A DNA stretch of 64,000 nt from the human T2T-CHM13v2.0 reference genome, Homo sapiens. This document shows, one piece after another, positions 1 through 19,854 of the stretch. The notes under the pieces are model-generated. The model made no database searches. It saw only the letters and a program-made list of their open reading frames with translations, and had not been told where the DNA came from. Position 1 is the first letter of the stretch. Every line of letters begins with the position of its first letter. Where the stretch lies: NCBI RefSeq assembly GCF_009914755.1, contig NC_060925.1. One strand, written 5' to 3'. The translations under genes and the position numbers were made by a program.

Positions 1-805
<805 letters not shown>

Positions 806-1311
806 CCATTTACTGTTTATAAATCAAAGAATAGTAGAGAAAAAAAAAGTATCAAATCAATGTGTTCAGCCCATATATCATTTTATTATAATAATGGAAC
901 AAATTGAAGATTTCTCATGAGAGAGGAAAAGAAAGATGAGATGGTTTAGAGTTCATTTTTGTGGAATTATTAGGAACAGGACGGTTATCAGCAGATGTGG
1001 TTCTTTTACGTAAATCTTCCTAAAAGCTGTGTGATGAATTCAAGCCCTTTGAAGGTATGTGATAGATTCAAGTCATGTCTACCTTATTTTGATCATCTTC
1101 TTTAACTAGAGCATATTGCCACAGAGTGTAAGATACAGATGAGGAAGTCTAGCTCTTTCTATCACCTGTGTAATGTATATTAGTCTGGGGCCTTAATTGT
1201 GACATAGTGTTGTTAAACTAAACACGAGTTGTGAGTTTATTTGTCCCAAAAAATGGGAAAACATTAGTACTGTAACTCAGACTATTTTCTGAGAATGTCA
1301 TTTATTTTCAG

Positions 1312-1391
1312 CCTCACCATTACAATTAAGAATTATTTTCAGAGTCTTCTTATTTCTGAAGCATGTGAATATTATCTGCATCGTTAAAAGT
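1312..1391 (+). other. EPB41: Alternative 80-nt exon (classical exon 3), stop-containing in the AUG1 frame
   Basis: Acceptor tttattttcag (1301-1311) and donor AGT|gtaagt (1392) bound exactly 80 nt, the size I recall for the 4.1R exon 3 cassette; phase-0 reading is CCT CAC CAT TAC AAT TAA. Confidence 0.85.
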
Positions 1392-1930
1392 GTAAGTCCT
1401 TCTAGAACTCTGACAGTGTTGGGGGGAAAAAAGTAAAAGTCCTACATGTTTCTATTATAGGTCTGAGATTTGGACTCCATAGTTTTATTAGAGTCTTATT
1501 AGAATATTACATGTATTTCTAGAACTATTACTTGTATATTCAAAGTGCTGAGGGTAAAATTTAGGATAAAATTATAATTGCACACTTGCTGTTAGTGAAA
1601 CAAGGTTGAAAACAAGATTTACTATGTTCTGTAATAGTTAAGATGCAAGCTATAGAATCCGACTAGAGGGTTCAAATCGAAGAAAAGTCACACTTTTCAC
1701 TTTATCAGTTTCCTCCTCTGTACAATGGGGATAATAATATCCACCTCATTTGGGATTGAAAGGATTAAAAGAGTGAAACCGGTAAAAGCTCTTAAAACAT
1801 TGCCTGGCATTTAATAAATACTCAATGAATGTTAGCTAGTAAATAAACACAAACAGTAAAGGCAAAGAAACCATTCATATCTTAATAACATTTTATTTTA
1901 GGAATACCAAAAGAATTAAATTACATTATC

Positions 1931-2677
<747 letters not shown>

Positions 2678-3344
2678 TCAAGGGGTTTTTAACTGCTTTT
2701 TTCTCCTTCAGCTTTATATAGGGGAAAATCCATATCTTGTTTTAGTTAACATTTGAATCAGAACTTGTCTGCATTGTCTAAAGTTCATAGATTCGTACTC
2801 AAGTTGACACAGATGATGGACAGTTAATTTTAGATTTAACTAAAATCTCATTCATTAAGATTTAATTCCGAATTGAAATAAATTGTCCGTAGGTTATTTG
2901 TCTTCATGTGGAGAAAAAGAAACGATATTGTTAGTAAAATTTCAAGGAGATATTATTTAAAAGAACAAACTATTTTAGGCCTTTTGGAAACTAATATTTA
3001 TAGTCAAAACCTTGTGGATCAGAGTCGTCTGGATAAAGGTTTATTTGCCTAACCATGTTTCTGTATATGTAATAGGATTTTATTTAAATGGTTCTTTTTT
3101 ATCCAGAATTTTTTAAAAAGCGTGTTTGCTTTATATTATAAATATATAAATATATATTTATATTACATTTAAGTGTATAATATATATAAATATAGGATTG
3201 TACCAGTCTTCATCCAGAGTAGCTTGGATTTTTTGGAAGCCTATGTAAATTTTTAATGTTTGTTTATTCATTCAACAAATATTTATTGAAAACCTACCAT
3301 GTGTGCCAGGCCCTAGGCTGGATATACCTTGGTAAATAAAAACT

Positions 3345-3950
3345 GCAATATGGTGAAGAGGTTTAAAATCATGGATTTTGGGGCTGAGTGTGGTGGCTCA
3401 TGCCTGTAAATCCAGCACTCTGGGAGACTGAGGCAGGAGGATCACTAGAGCCCCGGAGTTCGAGACCAACCTGGGCAACATGGAGAAACACCATCTCTAC
3501 AAAAAAGTAAAAAACTAGCTAGGCATGGTGGCTCTCCTGTAGTCCCAGCTACTTGGGATGTTGAGGTGGGAGGATCACTTGAGTCTGAGAGGTCGAGGCT
3601 GCATTGAGCCATGATTATGTCACTGCACTCCAGCCTGGGTGATAGAGTGAGACTCTTGTCTCAAAAAAAAAAAAAAAAAAGCAAAAAAAACAAATCGTGG
3701 ATTCTGAAGCCAGACTGGTATGTGACTTATTAATTGTATGATCCTAGGCAAGTTACTTAATTTCTCTGGCCTGTTTTACAACCCTGCAGGCCAGGTACTA
3801 TTATCCTCCCTCTATCAAGTGGGGATATAATAATACTACGTGCCTCGCAGGGTAGTTATGAGGATTGAGTTAGTTCACATAAGTAATTTTCTTAGAATAG
3901 TGACTGGCCCATTGTAATTGTTGTATAAATGTTTGGTATTATTATTATTA
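3345..3950 (+). mobile_element. MIR interrupted by AluJ (+, 3382-3690)
   Basis: MIR core ggcaagttacttaa...aggattgag...aaatgtttggtattatt; TSD-like aaatc(a/g)tggatt(t/c)tg around the Alu. Confidence 0.8.
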
Positions 3951-4367
3951 TAAAACAGACATGATTTCTACCCTTGTGGACTTTAATAGAGAAGACAAAA
4001 AAGTAGCAAATAAAAATAATTATTTATTGTAATAAGTTATAAAGCCACCAGAGTACTGATATGAAAGACAGTAGAGCGGGCATAGATAGATAGGATAGCC
4101 AGTGAAGAGACTTCCTGAGGTTGCAGTGAGAGGGTCATGAAAGATCGGAAGGAGTCTTTTAGATTACTTCCAGTATTTAATGCAGGAGTCAAATAATTAA
4201 TTTCTTTTTCCTAATTGTCAAACATGCATTCTTTTTTTCTTTTAATTGTTTTCCAGCTGTTACACAAGGAAGTAACATATTCTTTTAAAAGAAAATAATT
4301 AGTCGGGTTTAGATAAAAATATGTCGGTAGTTTTGTTGTGTTGAAAGTAAAAGTAAAAATGTATGCC

Positions 4368-4658
4368 GGCCAGGCACGGTTGCTCACGCCTGTAATCCCA
4401 ACACTTTGGGAGGCCGAGGCGGGCAGATCATGAGGTCAGGAGATCAAAACCATCCTGGCTAACGTGGTGAAACCCCATCTCTACTAAAAGTACAAAAAAA
4501 TTAGCTGGGCGTGGTGGCGGGCGCCTGTAGTCCCAGCTATTCAGGAGGCCCAGGCAGGAGAATCGCTTGAACCCTGGAGGCGGAGCTTGGAGTAAGCCGA
4601 GATCGCGCCACTGCACTCCAGCCTGGGCTACAGAGTGAGACTCCGTCTCAAAAAAAAA
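4368..4658 (+). mobile_element. Alu (Y/Sc type)
   Basis: Full-length dimer, gagatcaaaaccatcctggctaac, TSD aaaaatgtat(g/a)cc. Confidence 0.94.
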
Positions 4659-5260
4659 TGTATACCAAAAATGTTATCCTACTTATCGGTATTATTTGGG
4701 GATAATTTAAGATTGCACCAGGAAACTCTTCCTTCATTGACTCTTCTTTGCATTTAACATGATTAATATTGGGTAGAAAGGTGTTAGCTGGTAGTTAAAA
4801 TTTTTAGCCTACTACATGTTTGCTTAATGATGTGAAATTGGTCCCAAGCATTTCTCTTAGAATTAAAATTAATTTAAAATTTAGAATATGTAACAAGTCA
4901 CATCTTATTTTGCAGTTTGTAAGGCTACGTTGCTAAAATTGAGGAGCATGGGCAGAGACAATAACGTTTTTGTTAAACTTTAATAATACCGTGTAATGGC
5001 TTGGTCAGGAAGAATATATAATGCTGAGAGCAATGGATTGGTATCCTCCGGTTTACCTGAGACCTTCATTTATTGATTTGATGGGATTCTACCTGAGAAG
5101 TTTTAATAACAAAGTCTTTAGGGCATTTGGGGGATCATACTATTTTTTATAGAAAAATATTTAATATTAATGTCACCTATATTTGTTTTAGTTCATGCTT
5201 TTATTGGTAAGATTATTATAGGTAAAAGCATATACAGCATGTTTTGTGAAATGTGTTTAT

Positions 5261-5267
5261 TACTGAC
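5261..5267 (+). promoter_or_regulatory. Putative branch point TACTGAC for exon 4
   Basis: Near-optimal U2 branch sequence; branch A 25 nt upstream of the exon, with no AG before the acceptor. Confidence 0.6.
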
Positions 5268-5290
5268 TTGGCGATGTCATGGATATGTAG

Positions 5291-5503
5291 CCTGCTCAGG
5301 AAGAACTCAGAGAAGATCCAGATTTTGAAATTAAGGAAGGAGAAGGACTTGAAGAGTGCTCCAAAATAGAAGTAAAAGAAGAAAGCCCTCAATCAAAAGC
5401 AGAAACAGAATTAAAAGCTTCCCAAAAACCAATCAGAAAACACAGGAACATGCACTGCAAGGTTTCTTTGTTGGATGACACAGTTTATGAATGTGTTGTG
5501 GAG
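5291..5503 (+). CDS. EPB41: EPB41 exon 4 (213 nt): end of headpiece, AUG2 at 5450-5452 (start of the 80 kDa erythroid isoform), start of FERM N-lobe
   Basis: tag|CCTGCT...GTGGAG|gtgagt; translates PAQEELREDPDFEIKEGEGLEECSKIEVKEESPQSKAETELKASQKPIRKHRNMHCKVSLLDDTVYECVVE; phase 0-0. Not present in the ORF track. Confidence 0.97.
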
Positions 5504-5557
5504 GTGAGTATGTTTTCATTTCCAACAATCAGAACTCTTACAGGTGGTTTCATCTAG

Positions 5558-7238
<1,681 letters not shown>

Positions 7239-7478
7239 ACCCAGCCTTATTTCTTAATCACATTATTTATTTGCAAATGTAAATATGTTCAATCACAAAT
7301 CATCTAAAATATTATGCTATATTTACTAATAGGTATTCTCTAAGTTTAAAAAGGAAATCAAGAAAGATGTAATTGTACTTTGAAACAGGTACTATACACC
7401 TAACTAGAGCCTTAGGGTCTGCTTTTTCTGCTTCTTGCACTAACTAATTTAGAGATGGGGAAAGCTATTTTACACCTA

Positions 7479-8100
<622 letters not shown>

Positions 8101-9139
8101 GAAAATACATGAAGCATTTTCAAATCATCTTCTGTCATTTAGAATGAAAACATGGGAGAAAAAAAGAAAATTATTTGATATGGATGAGTTAAGACTGACA
8201 ATGAATGAACATTTATGTGAATTATTAATAGTCATTAAAAATAACTCATCTCATTGAGAGGAGGACATGTCATATATGTTTGCCCAAAAAATGATTCTAA
8301 TTTTTTGAAGTATTTTCATATATATTTCTCAGAAGACATTCACATATTTGATTATTGTTAAACAATTCCAATAAAGAGGTAGGATGAGTGTAAATATTCT
8401 TATCATTTCACAGCTGAGCAAACTAATGTTCAGAAAAGTTAATTGAATCTACTCAGCTTGTTTAGCTAGTAAATGGAGGAGCCAGGACTTTCTGACTAAA
8501 TCTCAGTCTTTAAGTTAGGGTATTTTCTTCCTATAAATAGGAGTAAAAGAACCCAAATTTGGGAATGGTTTGACTTTCTAGGTTAAGAAACATTAAGAAA
8601 ATTATTCCTAGCACCACTGAAGGAGCCACTTCAACAGGTAGTGTCTGTTGGCTATCTAGAATTTTACTTTATTCATTTTTCTGAAAGAGATTGTAGGGAG
8701 TTGAGGCATACCTCATTTTCTTTGGGACATTTGGTCTGAAAATGATAGAGTCTAATGATTTCCACAGCCACAATTAAATGTCACTCTGGACAGTTGATTC
8801 AGTAATTTAAGTAGTCACGGTAACTGACAGTTGCTCATAGCATGCTACAGGATATATTGCACCAAAAATGAAGAATGTGATGTGTAGGATGGAGATGGGG
8901 AATATGAGATGGAAGGAAGGTAGAATTTTGCTTTGAATTGTAACACAATTTCTAAACTAGTATATGTGTATTACATATGTAAACTGACAAATTGAAGAAC
9001 AGGAATTTTATAAATCATATTTTCTGCTTAAACTATGTAGCCACCTGAAAGTTTGTTGATCACCAAAGATGAAAGAAGAAATCGGAAAGTGACATTTTAT
9101 TTTATTTCATGATGGGTGTAGAAATAAGAAGAAACCTCA

Positions 9140-9606
<467 letters not shown>

Positions 9607-10284
9607 GTGAGGAGACTGCTTGCAATTTAAGAAGCTGACAAAAAATTTATTTTAATTCTTTTGTTGTTAAGAATGTATCTATACCTGCTTCTCTAAGCCA
9701 GTGTTCTTAGAGTTATTCCTGTCTACTCTTATTTCTTAGATTTTCCTGCTATTTTTCTTCTAGAATTAACATTTTAAAGGAAAGACCATTGCTGGTGTAT
9801 TCTTTCATCATTGAAATAAAGTATATATTGTATGTTTTTACAAGGCAAGGAAAATAAAGAGGTATGATGCACTGATTAGCAAGTACTGTAGATGTCAATA
9901 ACTTAATATATTATGCAATTGGTATTGTATCTAATGCATAGGTTTATAACAAATATTTGTTGAATGGATGATCTGTTATTAATATTATAATGACATATCA
10001 TAATTAAATATAATTATGATATATAATTATAATTTGAAAGCAACATTATGAAACAGAATAAAATCCCAATATTATTGAAACGGTCATAACGATGAATCTG
10101 ACATTTCCTCCAACCTAAAAGGAAACCATTGTTAACTTTTGAAGGAGGTAAAAGAATGGACTTGGAGGAGGGAAGAAAGGTTAAAAGTCAGGTATTTACC
10201 TCAGAACACTTTAATTATTTCCTGGGCCAATTAATTGAAAATTGCAAATATTTAACATAAATATAATGATGAAAGCTTTAGTCC

Positions 10285-10700
10285 AGTTTAACAAGTATTT
10301 GCAGGTGCTGTACTAGATGATATGGATGCAGCTGTGAATAAGGTAGACATGGTCCCTGCCCTCTGGAACTTCCAGTTTATTATGAAGATAACATTAATTA
10401 CTGGTTTGATGAGCGCTATACAAAAGGAAATACAGGTTGTCAGGGAAGAGTATGGCCCGGGAAGTCTCCTCTGGGGAGGTGATGCCTTAGCTGAGAGAGA
10501 CCTGAAGGATAAAATGAGCAAGTGAGGTGGAGAGAGAATGGCTTGTGTAAGACCTGGAGTTGAGAGACTGACAGTTCAGGAACTGAAAGCCATCTAGCCT
10601 GGCTGAACATAGGATATGAGGAATAGAGTAACAGATGAATCTGGACAGGTATACGTCCAGGTTGCGGGGTGGGTGTAAAGTGGGGAATCGTGGAGAGAGT
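10285..10700 (-). mobile_element. L2 fragment
   Basis: gctgtgaataaggtagacatggtccctgccctc...agctgagagagacctgaaggat...aggaactgaaag is typical L2 antisense text. Confidence 0.65.
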
Positions 10701-11064
10701 CTTGTAGACACTGAATTTAAGCCATTTAAGTTCATCCTTTCTCCAAGATGATTTCAGTTTATTAAGAAAAGTTGAAGGGCAGCAGCCTTCAACATCTGCA
10801 AATTGTAGATTAGGTTGTGTGAGTTAGATAATGCAAACTAGAAGACATGGAATTATCCTTTTCCTAAACAAAATCTATTTCTAGACTATACCTAGTAGTT
10901 TACAAAAATTTGTTCCTTCTATGAATGACTACTAACTCAAACAGAACTATGTTTGAGCACTAGGTTAATATTATTCTTTAAAGACTTAACCTTTACTTTG
11001 TCTCCCTTAGGGCTCAAACTAGCTTGTACTAGTAAATATAGCTAATATTTGAGTACTGTACATT

Positions 11065-11240
11065 TCAATATCACGAAGAGAGTAAATCTCAAATGTTCTC
11101 ATCACAAGGTCAAATATTTGAGGTGATGGATAGTTTGATTCATTTGATTTGATCATTTCACATTGTATTAAAAAATCATAACATCACTTTCTGCCCCATA
11201 AATATATACAACTATAATTTTTCAATGAATAATTTGAAAA
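11065..11240 (+). mobile_element. L1MA 3' end fragment
   Basis: aaatgttctcatcacaa...gaggtgatggata...catcactttctgccccataaatatatacaactataatt. Confidence 0.7.
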
Positions 11241-11375
11241 AGTCTAGCCTTAATTGAAACTACTATTTCCCATTAGTAAGGGAACATTGAAGTTAATTTA
11301 AAAACAAAACAATGCCCTCAAAACTACAGTGAAAAACTTTCTACAACTGTGAGCTAGAAAATTCTCCCATGAATT

Positions 11376-14750
<3,375 letters not shown>

Positions 14751-14964
14751 AGATAGTATTATTGTTTTAAAATGAAATTACCAATTAATCAAGGCCTTGG
14801 CTTTAAAAGAAAAGATTTATGTGTCATAATCTAGAGATGCATTCTGGAGCATCCTTCGGGTTGAATATTCTACCTGTTCTTAGGTAGGATGTACAAAAGA
14901 ACAGTGTATCTTTTACTTAAAATTGATTGTATTTGGCAAGACTATATGGCTTTATTTTAGCTAT

Positions 14965-15395
14965 TGGAAAAAGATAAAATCACAACAAATTTAGTTAAAG
15001 ATCTAATTGGCTTTTATTTGTGATTCATGTATTAGGCAGCCTTCATTCTACAAAATAGAATGAGGGCTCCCAATAAGCAATGGCAGAACAGTGGGTTTTG
15101 TAAGGTAGGAATAAGGAAACCAAGTAATAGGAAAAAGCTGATTAGTTTACATCAAGTTACTTTTCTTCTAAATGCTAAAGCAGAGAGGACTTTCTTGTTA
15201 AACTGACTCAGGTAGACTGGAATCTCCTGTTTTCAGGAAAAACTGGTCTGTTTAGCATCTACCCACTTCCTTTAGGTTTCAGTTTGATTATGTGGTATTT
15301 AGTATGAGTGACTCCATTTTTGTTTGGCCTGATCTGTTGGAGCCAGTGAAGAAGCTTAGACCAAAACAATGGCCTTCCATAATTTTTGTTTAACA
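14965..15395 (-). mobile_element. MER31-type ERV1 solo LTR
   Basis: Reverse complement starts tgttaaacaaaaattatggaaggccattgttttggtctaagc...aaaatggagtcactcatactaaat; TG...CA ends; 4-bp TSD ctat (14961-14964, 15396-15399). Confidence 0.8.
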
Positions 15396-16014
15396 CTATC
15401 AGTCCATGTATATGTACTGTCAATAAGCCAAATTTCTAGATAAGACCTTCTCTAGAAGTACACAGATATTTGTGAAATGATTGAATCAGTAAAGTTCATA
15501 GTAAATCATGGTCATCTAAGTTTTCCGCCATTCTGAAAATACAGAAGGTAATAGAGCTATACAGGCTCTGGGGGCTCATCCCCCCATTTTATAGATGAGG
15601 AAACTGAAGCACAGCGTGACAGAGTGAGTAAAGGCAGAGTGACATCCTCTAGTTGCACAGTCAGTTTACTCCTGTAGCTCCTTGCCTGCTGCCCCTTCCT
15701 AAGTTATTTTCTTCTTTAGCTTTTTACTCCTTTCCTTGATTTTTACATTTCATCTGTAGTTTTTTTGTTTCCTCTACAGAATTAGTTTATGTTGTAGAAA
15801 AAAAATGTGAGCCATAATACAATGAGAGACAACTGTTTTCTCTTCTTTCCATTCTCTGGTGTCTTCTTTTTGTATATGTAAAGATTTGTCCTTTGTATAT
15901 GTAACTTCTGTCATTAAGAGCTTTGTGCTTTGTTTGTAGACAATTGAGTACATTTAGCAGGGAGGAAAGTTTTCCCTCATATGGAGTGGCTTGCTTGTTC
16001 CCTTTTCCTACTGA

Positions 16015-16349
<335 letters not shown>

Positions 16350-17338
16350 AGAAGCAAACTTCTATAGTTCTGTGAGAGATTTGTTGCCACTATGAATCAA
16401 AATTGTCAGTTAAATAGTTGCTTCCTATATTTTATTCCTGCTTATAATTATTTATTAATGGATCAAGGATTTTTTCCTTGGGAGAGAAGTCACTTACATT
16501 AATTCCATCTCCCTCCAAATTTCATCTCTAAGCAGAAAACTTGTGCTCTTCTGGTAAATAATGAGAATTTTAAATTAGGACTACATGCAATTCAATGGTA
16601 TATAGTCATTGTCTTTTTCCATCCATTTTCTGTGTGGATGAATTTTCTTACCTTTAGAGTCAGATAATCAGTCTGAAAAGATCATCAGTCAAACAGAAGT
16701 CTTTTGCTCACCTTCACAGGCAAAGAGCAAACACCAATGGAGTGACTATTAAATAAAGAGTATGAGTAATTTAGTTTATAGTCATCTGAAAGGATTGATT
16801 CTCATTGATTCATGACTGGCCTTGAAGGCAAGTGGCAGTCATGGTTGTATCTTTATTGTCTGGCAAATTAGAAAGACGAAGGGGAATTTTGTAAATATAC
16901 TTGCAGAGTAGGGAGGCTGCATTTGTTATCTTGTCTTTTGCTACAGAGATTTGGGTCAACACCTCTAATGAATTTAAATGTGTTTTTTTGGGGTTTTGTT
17001 TCTTATTTTTTGTGTTTTAACTTAGTACTTAAAGAATGAGACCTAGAATTACCTGTGCTCTAGAGTTTCTATAACATAACTTGGAGCAGTGATTTGAAGT
17101 CAACATCCTAACAGCAGCATAAATAAGGTTATTCCTTGAGTTAAGACAGATAGACTTCTGGAGCTGTACAAAAGTCTTTTACCTCAAAAGACAAGGATTT
17201 GTATAAATCTCTTATGTGTATGCGTGGGGGTTTTAGGACCTCCATATAAGGGTAGCTGATGACTAACTCGGGGAATGGAGTTCTTTTTTTTAAAACATTA
17301 TGACCTAAGGTTGTAAATGCTGCCGAAGATATGAAAGG

Positions 17339-17710
17339 TGTTAGTCTGTTCTTGCACTGCTATAAAGAAATATCTATAAAGAAAGGAGGTTTAATTGGCT
17401 CATGGTTCTGCAGGCTGTATAAGAAGCATGGTGGCATCAGCTTCTGGGGAGGCCTCAGGAAACTTAGAATCATGGCAGAAGACTATGGGGAAGCTGGCAC
17501 ATCTTACATGGCCAGAGCAGGAGGAAGAGGGGGTGGGATGCTATGTACTTTGAAACAACCAGATCTTGTGAGAACTCTTATCATGAGAACAACACCAAAG
17601 GGGGAAATCTACCCCCATGATCCAGTCATCTCCCACCAAGCCCCACCTCCAACACTAGGGATTACAATTTGACATGAGATTTGGGTGGGGATACACATCC
17701 AAACAATGTC
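17339..17710 (-). mobile_element. MSTA-like ERVL-MaLR solo LTR
   Basis: ttagtctgttcttgcactgctataaag...ggtttaattggctcatggttctgcaggctg...ggcctcaggaaactta...catgagatttgggtgggga. Confidence 0.88.
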
Positions 17711-18481
17711 TGCTCCTATTCATTTTACCTCTTTAAATGCCATTTCTGTAGTTGAAACTTTATTAATCTATCCTGGTTTACTTCAGTAGCGTCATTCATC
17801 TATTCTTTGTTCATTCATTCATAAACATTTATTATTCAAATAGTATCTGCCTTGTGCTGGGCAGAGCTATAAAAGACAGTCTCTTTCCTCATGGAGCTCC
17901 CAGACTGACTAGGCAATAGCAGTAAGATGGACACCCACATGGATGGGGAGTCAGAAGGGGTTTTCTGGAGAAGATAATAACAGATATGAATTATAAGAGA
18001 CAGTCAGGAATCTTCCAGATGAAGAAGGAGGGAGAGAGTATTCCAAGTAGAAGAAACCACTTGTAAGAAGGTGTTTTGAAAGAAGAACCCATAGGAGACG
18101 GGTAATACTTTAGCCAAATGAATGAAGATCTATATCAGGATATTGCTGCTCTTCATCTCTATATTATTTGGAAAGTTGTTTTTTAAGCCAGAGAAGGAAT
18201 ATAATTCTTTTTAATGCACAAGCTTAAATTCTGCTTAAAGTGTTAATATATTTAATTCTCAGGATATGATTGATAAAATGGACTCTTCAAAAAGAATCCA
18301 TACTACTGAAAATATTCAAATAGAACTAGATTATTCAGAATTACTATTTTAGGGGACATCTGAAGATCCTGCTTTTTTCCTCTAGCTCTAACCCTTTCTT
18401 CTATGCTGTAACCATACTCTTTGAGAAATTGGTTTGCATATATTATTCTCTATTGCCTTACTGCATATTAGCTTAACATAA

Positions 18482-19850
<1,369 letters not shown>

Positions 19851-19854
19851 TTGA

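Noticed and set aside
3130-3195. AT-rich palindromic stretch with cruciform potential
   Set aside because: Ordinary low-complexity (TA)-rich sequence with short arms.
17331-17672. 113-aa ATG ORF
   Set aside because: Lies within the MSTA LTR; a common artefactual frame.
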